IMG/VR virus record: IMGVR_UViG_3300048593_000456
Location: 26,514 to 90,513 of that record
Length of the DNA stretch: 64,000 nucleotides
Direction: 5' to 3' (one strand)
Source of the DNA: a virus
Taxonomy: Duplodnaviria > Heunggongvirae > Uroviricota > Caudoviricetes
Numbering within the stretch: position 1 is the stretch's first letter; every line of letters begins with the position of its first letter. The notes under the pieces are model-generated. The model made no database searches. It worked only from the letters and a program-made list of their open reading frames with translations, and was not told the origin of the DNA. Below, in pieces: positions 9,218 through 17,972 of this stretch. Made by a program: the position numbers and the translations under genes.

Positions 9218-12202
9218 ATGACATCTGAAAAAAAGAATTTTGGCAAGAAGTTTCTGTCGGACTTGAAACTTTATAGTGACTATTTTAAATGGAATGAAAA
9301 ACTTAACCGCTACGAAAATTGGAACGAAGCTTGTAGCGATATTGTTGATGGACATAAGAAGAAATATGCTAATGTTGACCTTTCTCGGGAGCTAGATTTA
9401 GTTTTAGAGCTAATGAAATCAAAAACTATCCTTGCTTCACAAAGAAATCTACAGTTTAGACATGACCAGATAATGAGACATAATATGCGTATGTACAATT
9501 GTACGACGCTTCATTTTGTTAGTCCTAGAAATTTTGGAGATGTTCTTTATTTAGGTCTGTGTGGCTGCGGTGTTGGCTCATCTCTTTTACTTCCATTTAT
9601 TAATCAGTTACCGGAATTACAAAAGAGAGAAAAAGGTACTAAGACATATATTATACCCGACAGTATTGAGGGCTGGAAAAATGCAATCGATGTCTTGATG
9701 TCTTCTTATTTTACTGAAAGACAGGTTTTCCCCGAATACTCTGGTTATAATATTAGATTTGATTATTCGCAAATACGTGAAGCTGGTTCATTTATTAATG
9801 GCGGGTTTAAGGCTCCCGGCCCCAACGGTCTAAAAAATTCTCTCGAATCAATAGAGAAGTTGTTGGACCACTGGATACTCACACAAGGCCCGAGGCTGCG
9901 TCCTATAGCCGTCTTTGATATATTGTGCCATTCATCCGATGCTGTTCTTAGCGGCGGCGTTAGACGCTCTGCATTGTCTATGATTGTCGATCCAAACGAT
10001 AAAGAAATGATGCTTGCTAAAACAGGCAACTGGAGAACAGAAAATCCCCAGCGAGGTAGATCTAATAATTCTGTATTAATTCACAGACAGTATTGCGATG
10101 AAAATGAAATATCCCAAAGAAAGTTTTTTGACGAAATCGTAGGAATTAACGATGGAGCAAATGATTTAGGATTCGTATTCTGTAATACTTGGTTCGATGT
10201 ATTCAATCCATGTTTTACAATAGATACAAAAGTTTTAACAACTAATGGTTGGATGACTTTTGGCGAAATGATGGAAAAACAAGATACGGAAGATATTTAT
10301 ATAGTTCAAGATAAAAGAGTTAAAGGTAAAGCAGAAGGAATCCATGAATCTTGGGATACAGATCTTTCAAATACTGGTGTTGAATATAATAAAATTGGTA
10401 AAGTTGCAAAAACAGGTGAGAACGTAGATATTTATGAACTTGTTTTATCCTGTGGTAGAAAAGTTAAAGCAACGGGAAATCATAAATTCTCTACTAAACA
10501 AGGCATGAAAGAACTTTTAAGCCTTCAAATTGGCGATGATGTATTAGTTACATGCGATGAAAATATAACAACTAAAAAAGATGAAGATTTTCATGATGGA
10601 TTTTTATCTGGAATGTGTGTAGGAGACGGATACATTACCGAAGATGATGCCGGAATAAGCGTATGGGAAGATCTAGATGATGAAAATGAAGATTTGGAAT
10701 TTACTAAATCTAGCATAGAACAAATATTCAAAGAAAGCATGTCCAGAAGAATAGAATCTAAAGAATTATATTCTGATGGTAAAAAACCAATATCTACAGA
10801 TATTAAATTTAAGTTACAAAGACAAGTTGGAAATTCTGCTAAATATACACTCGCTTCTACAGGATTTAAGAAATACTTAGATATACTCGGAGTAAGAAAA
10901 GATAATTTATCTTGGCTTTATAAGAAAAGTAAAAACTTTAAGGCTGGATTTGTTGCCGGAATGTTTTTTACAGACGGGCATGTAGATTATACAGAATCAT
11001 CCAAGAGCATATCCTTAAGAATAACTCAATCAAATAAGGAGTTTTTAAACGATCTTTCGTTAATATTGCAAGAAATCGGATTTTTGGCATCTGTCTACGA
11101 TCTACTCCCGGAAGAAACAAGAAAGCTTCCTAATTCACAAAGAGTCTTACAGGATTATAATTGCAAGGCATCATATAGATTATGTATAAATGGATATAAG
11201 CAATCTTGTAAATTTATAGAAGATATTGCATTTTTACATAAAGCAAAAATAAATAAAACCAACGACATACTTAACAATCTCAAGGGATATAAAGATATAT
11301 TAAGGCATAAAAAAGTTGTAAGCATTAACTATTTAGGTAAAGAAGATGTTTACTGCTTAGAAGAAAATAACAACAGAACATTGATAGCAAACGGTATCAC
11401 GGCAGCTAGATGTTTTGAAATCGGCTTCACTCCCGTAGACACTCATGATAAACTTCAAGATATATCTTATGAACAAGTAGAAGAATGGGTCAGACAAAAT
11501 ATTCATCTATTCGGAATACAAGGCTGTAATCTAAACGAAATAAATGCCGAAAAATGCGTGCCCGAAAACGGTAAAACACTTGAAGAATCATTTCTTCGTG
11601 CTTGTGAAGGCGCAGCCATACTTGGTACTTTACAGGCTGGATATACTGATTTTCCTTTTCTATCTCCTAGAACCGAAAAATTGGTTAGACGAGAAGCTTT
11701 GCTTGGGGTTAGTATTACTGGCTGGATGAATAATCCCGCACTATTTAACGAAGAGTTGTTACGTAAAGGTGCTGCCGTTGTTGTGGAAACAAATAAAAAG
11801 GTAGCTGCTAAGATAGGTATTAATCAAGCCGCTAGAACTACATGTGTGAAACCGAGCGGAAATGCGTGTACAAAATTCGATACTATTATAAAAACAAACA
11901 TTGGTGACTTAACATTATTAGAAATTTTTAAATACTGCTTAGACGATCCCAATTTTGATACAGAAACCATTAATTTTACAGATACTTCATTTAATTTGAA
12001 AAAACCTTTAAAAGTTTATGATAAAAATAATAATGAGCAAAGTATAGAATTGTTATACATAAACGGTTTATCTGAAACATATGAAGTAGAGTTTGAAGAC
12101 GGTCAAGTTTATTCTTTTACTGAAAATCATAAATTATTAACTGATAAAGGATGGAAACTTGTTAAAGACCTAAAAGAAAATGATGAAATAATAAGCTTTT
12201 AG
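9218..12202 (+). CDS. ribonucleotide reductase large subunit, N-terminal fragment, with one complete LAGLIDADG intein and the N-half of a split intein
   Basis: Extein motifs: FNP-C(F)EIG reconstituting NPCxEI, GCNLNEIN, TTCVKPSGN. Intein 1 is about 10211..11410 and begins CFTIDTKVL. It has block B TGNHKF and two LAGLIDADG motifs, FLSGMCVGDGYI and FVAGMFFTDGHVDY. From about 11867 a second intein N-half begins, CTKFDTII...TENHKLLTDKGWKLV. The ORF then hits a stop. Confidence 0.7.
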   Translation: MTSEKKNFGKKFLSDLKLYSDYFKWNEKLNRYENWNEACSDIVDGHKKKYANVDLSRELDLVLELMKSKTILASQRNLQFRHDQIMRHNMRMYNCTTLHFVSPRNFGDVLYLGLCGCGVGSSLLLPFINQLPELQKREKGTKTYIIPDSIEGWKNAIDVLMSSYFTERQVFPEYSGYNIRFDYSQIREAGSFINGGFKAPGPNGLKNSLESIEKLLDHWILTQGPRLRPIAVFDILCHSSDAVLSGGVRRSALSMIVDPNDKEMMLAKTGNWRTENPQRGRSNNSVLIHRQYCDENEISQRKFFDEIVGINDGANDLGFVFCNTWFDVFNPCFTIDTKVLTTNGWMTFGEMMEKQDTEDIYIVQDKRVKGKAEGIHESWDTDLSNTGVEYNKIGKVAKTGENVDIYELVLSCGRKVKATGNHKFSTKQGMKELLSLQIGDDVLVTCDENITTKKDEDFHDGFLSGMCVGDGYITEDDAGISVWEDLDDENEDLEFTKSSIEQIFKESMSRRIESKELYSDGKKPISTDIKFKLQRQVGNSAKYTLASTGFKKYLDILGVRKDNLSWLYKKSKNFKAGFVAGMFFTDGHVDYTESSKSISLRITQSNKEFLNDLSLILQEIGFLASVYDLLPEETRKLPNSQRVLQDYNCKASYRLCINGYKQSCKFIEDIAFLHKAKINKTNDILNNLKGYKDILRHKKVVSINYLGKEDVYCLEENNNRTLIANGITAARCFEIGFTPVDTHDKLQDISYEQVEEWVRQNIHLFGIQGCNLNEINAEKCVPENGKTLEESFLRACEGAAILGTLQAGYTDFPFLSPRTEKLVRREALLGVSITGWMNNPALFNEELLRKGAAVVVETNKKVAAKIGINQAARTTCVKPSGNACTKFDTIIKTNIGDLTLLEIFKYCLDDPNFDTETINFTDTSFNLKKPLKVYDKNNNEQSIELLYINGLSETYEVEFEDGQVYSFTENHKLLTDKGWKLVKDLKENDEIISF

Positions 12203-12244
12203 GGTATATCATATTAAGCCTAGTAAAATAAAGGAGGGTTTAAC

Positions 12245-13063
12245 ATGCCATACGTATATTTTTTAAAAAATAAAACAACAGGACTGAAATATATAGGAGT
12301 TAAATATTCAAAAGGGTGTGACTCGAAGCTTTTTTGGTTGACATATTTCACATCCTCAAAACAAGTAAAACAACTCATAAAACTTTTTGGAAAAGAAGAT
12401 TTTTCATTCAAAATTTTAAAAGAATTTGAAAACAAATGTAGTGCATTAGATTATGAAAATAAATTATTAAAAATTGCTACTAAAAAAGATGATTATTTAA
12501 ACATGCATACAAATTTTCATGGGTTATTAACTCATGAACAAATCGAGGAAAATCATAAGAAACAAGCTATATCAGCTAGTATTACTGGTTTATTATGTTT
12601 AAAAAATAAAACTGGCATTTTTTCTTTATCCAAAAAAGAAAGGATTAAGGCATGTAGTAATGGCGGAATTAATGCAGCAAGAGTGAATAGATTATTGAAT
12701 AGAGCAATATTTAATAAAGAAATAAGAAGTATTCAGCACAAAACTCTTAAATTGAAAAAAATAAGTGCGTTTTATAATCCTGACACCAGAAAAGAAATAT
12801 CTAGAAAGGGCGGACTAAACGGCAGATTTAGTAAAAAATATTTTGAAAAAAACAATATGCCGGAAGAACAAAGAATAGAAGAACAAAGAAGAAGAGGTAA
12901 AATTGGCGGTAAAAAAAATTCTGGATTTATTTGGTATAACGATGGGTTAAAATCGTATAAATATACTAAAAAACAACAAAAAGAATTAAATTTCAATGAT
13001 TTCTTAAAAGAAAACCCAAGCTTTAAAAAAGGAAGAACAAGTGCGAATAAAAAAAATAACTAA
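12245..13063 (+). CDS. GIY-YIG homing endonuclease (free-standing, between the split-intein halves)
   Basis: N-terminal YVYFLKNKTTGLKYIGVKYS (GIY...YIG). Strong RBS AAGGAGGG. Basic C-terminal region. Confidence 0.75.
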   Translation: MPYVYFLKNKTTGLKYIGVKYSKGCDSKLFWLTYFTSSKQVKQLIKLFGKEDFSFKILKEFENKCSALDYENKLLKIATKKDDYLNMHTNFHGLLTHEQIEENHKKQAISASITGLLCLKNKTGIFSLSKKERIKACSNGGINAARVNRLLNRAIFNKEIRSIQHKTLKLKKISAFYNPDTRKEISRKGGLNGRFSKKYFEKNNMPEEQRIEEQRRRGKIGGKKNSGFIWYNDGLKSYKYTKKQQKELNFNDFLKENPSFKKGRTSANKKNN

Positions 13064-14009
13064 GTCGTTAAAACTATCGATTACTGGCGATATTCAGGTT
13101 GCAAATACAAACAGTTATCAATTAAAAAATGGGGCAGTTTCTCATAACTCTGTAGTTTTAATGACCGAGTCCGGAATTCACCCTGCTCATTCTTTAATGT
13201 ATTTTAGAGTTATGCAGTTAAACAAAAATTCCGATACTGCAAAATTTTTAGAACAAGAAATGCCGTTTTTACTGGAAGAAAGTGTATGGTCTAAAAATAA
13301 TACAGATCACGTAGTATTCGTTCCTATAATAAATCCACCAGATGGTTTGTTTAAAAAGGATATGAAGGGCGTAAAACACTTAGAGTTAATCAAGCTGGTT
13401 CAAAACAACTGGATTGTACCCGGAACTAATAGAGATATTGGTATATGCGATCTTACTAATCATAATTGTAGCTGCACGGTAATCATAGACGATAGCAAAG
13501 CAGTGACAAATTATATATGGAATAACAGAAAAGATTTCACTGCTGTATCATTTATATCCGACTATGGAGATAAAGATTTTAACCAAGCACCATTTACAAG
13601 CGTAATGAACTTTGAAGAAATTGCATCAGTGTATGGTGAAGGATCTATGTTCGCATCGGGCCTTATTGTTGACGGGCTACATTATTTTAATAATAATTTA
13701 TGGAATGCCTGCGACTGTCTTTTGGATAAAAATATTCCTATCGCCGGAACTAGAGAGCAAGTATTACTCAAAAAAGACTGGCTGAGACGGGCAAAGCAGT
13801 TCGCTAAGAATTACTTCAAAAATGATATCAAAAAAATGATATATTGCCTAAAAGATATTCACCTGTTCCACAAGTGGAAATCAATAAACAGGCAAATGAA
13901 AGAAATATCACTGGAAACCGTTTTAAATAAACCGTCCTACAAAGATGTTTCTGATTACGCTGCCGTGGCTTGTTCTGGCGGATCTTGCGAAGTTACAAGG
14001 CTTAATTAA
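13041..14009 (+). CDS. ribonucleotide reductase C-terminal fragment preceded by split-intein C-half
   Basis: GTG start with an AAGGAAG RBS. The first 36 aa MRIKKITKSLKLSITGDIQVANTNSYQLKNGAVSHN end in the canonical intein block-G NG..vHN. The +1 Ser starts the extein SVVLMTESG.... The protein ends with the redox Cys pair ACSGGSCEV, as in NrdA CESGAC. Confidence 0.65.
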   Translation: MRIKKITKSLKLSITGDIQVANTNSYQLKNGAVSHNSVVLMTESGIHPAHSLMYFRVMQLNKNSDTAKFLEQEMPFLLEESVWSKNNTDHVVFVPIINPPDGLFKKDMKGVKHLELIKLVQNNWIVPGTNRDIGICDLTNHNCSCTVIIDDSKAVTNYIWNNRKDFTAVSFISDYGDKDFNQAPFTSVMNFEEIASVYGEGSMFASGLIVDGLHYFNNNLWNACDCLLDKNIPIAGTREQVLLKKDWLRRAKQFAKNYFKNDIKKMIYCLKDIHLFHKWKSINRQMKEISLETVLNKPSYKDVSDYAAVACSGGSCEVTRLN

Positions 14010-15160
14010 TGAATAGAATATTCTATGCGTGTCAGGGGTGTTTATTTACACGCCTTGACGAAAACGAAACATCCTACCTCAATGGAGTACAATCTATTGG
14101 GGTAGATAATTCTTGGGGCACAACTACAATATTTGACTGCGGTAGATCCCAACCTAAAGATGTTTTGTATAACAGCTTTAATATAAGTTTTAACTTAGAA
14201 AGAGTTGTGGGCAATTACTCAGATCCATCTATAAGTCCTAAAGAATGCGTCGGGCCTTTTTTGCATCATATATTTTTTAAGGATAATACTAAGCCTATAA
14301 ATAGTAAAGATGCTTTTTTTCTAAAAAATTTTGGCACGGGAATTACCGGAAATACATCTAAAGACATAAAAGAGTTCGATCTATCGATCTTATACCAAAC
14401 TGACGACGGGCCAATTTTACAAAGCAGCAGACAATTACATAAATCAGTTTACAAAAGATGTTTATTAAATTCAATAAGTTATTCTATAACTAAAGAAAAA
14501 GTCCTAGAAAGTCTTTCGTTTCAGTCTAAATCTGTAGAAAATTTTGAAAATCAAGGTAGTTACCAAAAAACTCAAGTTACATTAGGTGAGCAATATTCCG
14601 GAAATAAAATACGGACCCTAATACGCCCGCGAGATATAGACAGAACAAATACCGTCTTGCCGGAAATACTGAATTCTATAACGGATACCAACACTTTTTT
14701 TGACGGAATAGAAGTTTTAGGAATCACGGAAATATCGACAGAGGCTACAATAGAATACCAAGAGATATTAGACGAAGGTGTTTGGAAAGGAAGTCCCGTT
14801 AGCAATAATTTATGGACAACGTTGCATGTTCCTATTCCCACCAGAACATCTATAAAATTTACTGCAAGGAAAGGTGCTAATATCAATTTTTTAAATACGC
14901 CAGAATTTACTAGCGGAACTGTTAAAAAATATAAAATAAGATTAGCATTTAAAACCAGAAATTATACAAATACAAGCGATGATCTATTTATAATAGATTG
15001 TGGAGAGAAAAATGTCATACAGTCATTTAATATATCTGGCGGATCTACCTCTGGAGATTTACTTGAATACGAAATGACATTTAGTGGTTTTAACGATTTC
15101 GTAACGTATTTTACACCGGCAAATAGCCCAACACTCTTACTTTTTACAGAAAGATACTGA
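14009..15160 (+). CDS. hypothetical protein
   Basis: 383-aa track ORF with ATG start. No recognisable motif. Confidence 0.4.
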   Translation: MNRIFYACQGCLFTRLDENETSYLNGVQSIGVDNSWGTTTIFDCGRSQPKDVLYNSFNISFNLERVVGNYSDPSISPKECVGPFLHHIFFKDNTKPINSKDAFFLKNFGTGITGNTSKDIKEFDLSILYQTDDGPILQSSRQLHKSVYKRCLLNSISYSITKEKVLESLSFQSKSVENFENQGSYQKTQVTLGEQYSGNKIRTLIRPRDIDRTNTVLPEILNSITDTNTFFDGIEVLGITEISTEATIEYQEILDEGVWKGSPVSNNLWTTLHVPIPTRTSIKFTARKGANINFLNTPEFTSGTVKKYKIRLAFKTRNYTNTSDDLFIIDCGEKNVIQSFNISGGSTSGDLLEYEMTFSGFNDFVTYFTPANSPTLLLFTERY

Positions 15161-15846
15161 TGTCAAGAAAAAAAACTGTACGACCACAAAGACGTAGAGA
15201 TAATGTCCAAGAGTCTTTAGTTGAAGCTAAAACTCACAGGCAGACAGAATTAATTAAATGTCTTAATAAAGATCAGTTAATAATATGCGACGGGCCTGCC
15301 GGTACTGGAAAAACTTATGTGGCCGCTGGTGTTGCCTGCGAACATCTATTGAATAAAAAAATATCTAAGATAGTAATCTCAAGATCCACACAACAATGCG
15401 GTGATTCGGGATATCTTCCGGGTTCTATTACGGAAAAGTTAATGCCTTTTATGAATCCAATATTAAGTAAACTTGAGTATTTTCTTGGCACGGAAACGTA
15501 CAAAAAAATGCTTACTGACGAAACAATAGAAATATCTCCGCTGGAAACTATGCGTGGGGAAACCCTCGAAGATGCATTTATGATTCTTACCGAATTTCAA
15601 AATGCGACATATGAACAAATCATGATGTTTGCAACACGCATTGGAAATAATACCAAGTGCGTTCTCGAAGGAGATTTAATGCAGATTGACAATAGAAAGT
15701 CAGGAGGAAAAAGATTTCACGACGAACAAAAATACTCTGAGGGTAAAGACGAGGGCGTATCTTTTATTTACTTCACAGAAGATGACATCGTGAGAAGCGG
15801 AATCGTTAAAACCATCATCAGGAACGCAAGACAAGCTTATAAATAA
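15160..15846 (+). CDS. phoH: PhoH-like ATPase
   Basis: Walker A IICDGPAGTGKTYVA. The full-length PhoH pattern is present: ISPLETMRGETLEDAFMILTEFQNATYEQIMMFATRIGNNTKCVLEGDLMQID. Confidence 0.85.
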   Translation: MSRKKTVRPQRRRDNVQESLVEAKTHRQTELIKCLNKDQLIICDGPAGTGKTYVAAGVACEHLLNKKISKIVISRSTQQCGDSGYLPGSITEKLMPFMNPILSKLEYFLGTETYKKMLTDETIEISPLETMRGETLEDAFMILTEFQNATYEQIMMFATRIGNNTKCVLEGDLMQIDNRKSGGKRFHDEQKYSEGKDEGVSFIYFTEDDIVRSGIVKTIIRNARQAYK

Positions 15847-15856
15847 TGAGGATAAA

Positions 15857-16204
15857 ATGCCCGTAAGAATTTACGAATGCAAAAAATGTAATCATCAGGA
15901 AGAAATTTTCGAATCTATTTCTGTAAAACCCGAGGAAAGAAACTGTTGTCACTGTAATAAAAAAACAATGCGTGTAGTTATACTTACCGCCCCTATATGT
16001 CAAGTAAAAGAAGTAAAAACTATCGGTCAACTGGCCGATAGTAATTGGAAGAAAATGGGAACTTATGAACGCGAAAATAAAATGCGTGAAGATAAAGTCC
16101 AAGAATCTATTCAAAAACGAGACAGTAATATTAGGCGTAATAAAGTTTCAAAAATGACTGCCGAACAAAAAGAAAAATATATTGTTACGGGAGAAATGCC
16201 GTGA
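15857..16204 (+). CDS. zinc-ribbon protein
   Basis: CKKCNHQ...CCHCNKK Cys4 ribbon at the N-terminus. Confidence 0.4.
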   Translation: MPVRIYECKKCNHQEEIFESISVKPEERNCCHCNKKTMRVVILTAPICQVKEVKTIGQLADSNWKKMGTYERENKMREDKVQESIQKRDSNIRRNKVSKMTAEQKEKYIVTGEMP

Positions 16205-16422
16205 GAGATCAAGACTGCCCGTATTATGCTCAGATTAACTTTACTGTTGATGTTTTTCCTTTTCTACATGACGGATCTTTAGATCCTAATAAGCTCACCG
16301 AGAGCGAACTGAGAGATAGGGGAATAACAAAAAATGCTGTATTCGGTGTTAATGGTTTTAATTTAGAAGACTGTATAAAAAAACTTACGGAGGCTTTAAC
16401 CAAGATTAGTTATGAAGATTGA
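16201..16422 (+). CDS. hypothetical protein
   Basis: GTG start overlapping the upstream stop. 73 aa. Confidence 0.3.
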   Translation: MRDQDCPYYAQINFTVDVFPFLHDGSLDPNKLTESELRDRGITKNAVFGVNGFNLEDCIKKLTEALTKISYED

Positions 16423-16717
16423 AGAACAGTGGATTGAAAAAGAAGATGTCGAAATTTTCTACGGAAAAGGCGGAAATGTCGTGGAAAACGGCGACTGTCT
16501 TGCTAAAATACTAGAGTCGAGCAAGACGAACTATTATTTCATTTGGCTGACTCGCGGAAATCTTTACGATCCATACGGAATTGATGTTCTAAAAAGAAAC
16601 AGTTCTGTCTGTAAATTCGTAAGAGTAAGTAGAGATGTATTTGACAGCTACTTTAAATACCTTAAAACTAAAAATAAAGCACATTATAATAACGCAAACA
16701 GAATGTATAGAGGATAA
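16412..16717 (+). CDS. hypothetical protein
   Basis: Track ORF with ATG start. No recognisable motif. Confidence 0.35.
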   Translation: MKIEEQWIEKEDVEIFYGKGGNVVENGDCLAKILESSKTNYYFIWLTRGNLYDPYGIDVLKRNSSVCKFVRVSRDVFDSYFKYLKTKNKAHYNNANRMYRG

Positions 16718-16719
16718 AA

Positions 16720-17067
16720 ATGGCTAAAAAGAAAATGGCTGTCGGGCCTTTAACCAACAAGGAAAAAGAGTACATAAACAAAAACAGAGATAAGGGCGTA
16801 GAACTCTTAGCGAAGAAGTTGGGGCGTAGAGTTGAGGCCGTGGATAGATTTCTGAACGGGCCTAAAGAACCTGCAAAAGAAACTAAGCCCGTAAACAGAA
16901 ACGACCCCGAGGCTTTCGTTATGAATAATCTACTTGCTAAGAGGGAAGGCTATAATGTAGTCGTTATGACCGAATCTGCATCTATGTATATGGACGAAAA
17001 GCGAAAGCAAAGAAGCAATAAGCCTAAAGACAATAGTTTTATTCATACGTTCAGGAAAAATGATTGA
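16720..17067 (+). CDS. hypothetical basic protein
   Basis: Track ORF with ATG start. Lys/Arg-rich. Confidence 0.35.
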   Translation: MAKKKMAVGPLTNKEKEYINKNRDKGVELLAKKLGRRVEAVDRFLNGPKEPAKETKPVNRNDPEAFVMNNLLAKREGYNVVVMTESASMYMDEKRKQRSNKPKDNSFIHTFRKND

Positions 17068-17581
17068 TCTAACTTTTAAATTTGATTTTTACATAAAAGA
17101 CTTAATAAGAAAACTAGAAATGCTGTGGACAGTTACATTAAATGATGGAACTGTTGTATATTCTGACTATGATAGATACGAAGAAGCCCCTTGGCATCGC
17201 TTAGTAAAATATTGCAGAGAAACAAAGCTTTATCCAGTAAAGGTTAAAAATCTTATGTTTGGAGCACCCGAAATGGTTTTACTTGAAAACCAAGAGGGGC
17301 TAGATGGGCTATTCATTAAGCGTGGCTGCATTAAAGATATAGAAATTGATTCCGGTAATGGAAATAGTATTTCTTATAAAAAGTTGGTTGCGGGAGTTTA
17401 TAATCCTGTTACTAATAAGATAGACGTTAAAAAATTTTGCTGGCCCGAGAACGAACTTGAGCCGCTACAAGAAACAAGATTACTAACACTTGAAAATTTA
17501 GAGGACATGTTTTTTATAGATGGACAAGAAAAGGACAGAAAAAAAGCCATACTGCTCGCCGACGACAGGAGAGCCATGTAG
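17060..17581 (+). CDS. hypothetical protein
   Basis: Track ORF with ATG start. No recognisable motif. Confidence 0.35.
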   Translation: MIDLTFKFDFYIKDLIRKLEMLWTVTLNDGTVVYSDYDRYEEAPWHRLVKYCRETKLYPVKVKNLMFGAPEMVLLENQEGLDGLFIKRGCIKDIEIDSGNGNSISYKKLVAGVYNPVTNKIDVKKFCWPENELEPLQETRLLTLENLEDMFFIDGQEKDRKKAILLADDRRAM

Positions 17582-17972
17582 TGCCGCACAATATATAGCG
17601 GAAATTGTTTGCCTACGTAATTTTAAAAAGAAGCAGATGGGCGATCCATCATTCAAGTTTTGGAATAAAGAAGAAAAAAGTATCTACCAAGGACAAGTTG
17701 TAACAGCAAATAAACTCATTAATGAGTATGGAGTTGAAGCTGTTTTAGATTATATAAATTTTAATAAAGGTATATACTCTCTCGGGCATTTTAATCCCAT
17801 AAAATTTATAAAAGACGGGATATCTAAAACAAAATGGATTCTAGACAAAAAGAGTTCCGTTTCTAAGAAAAATATAGAAGAAGAAAAACAACAGGAAGTT
17901 CCGCAGACAAATTTCGAAATTCCCAAACCTAAACAAAAAACAACATTAATTGATAAACTAAGGAACACATGA
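17520..17972 (+). CDS. hypothetical protein (start uncertain; an alternative in-frame ATG lies near 17637)
   Basis: Overlaps the previous ORF by about 60 nt in another frame. Confidence 0.3.
   Translation: MDKKRTEKKPYCSPTTGEPCSAAQYIAEIVCLRNFKKKQMGDPSFKFWNKEEKSIYQGQVVTANKLINEYGVEAVLDYINFNKGIYSLGHFNPIKFIKDGISKTKWILDKKSSVSKKNIEEEKQQEVPQTNFEIPKPKQKTTLIDKLRNT

Noticed and set aside
9048-9218. 56-aa ORF MGIVDNLLSRALDQLGLTKEQ… between 8835..9041 and the RNR gene
   Set aside because: It is plausible as a small gene but below the size cut-off, has no clear RBS and no motif. Not listed as a feature.
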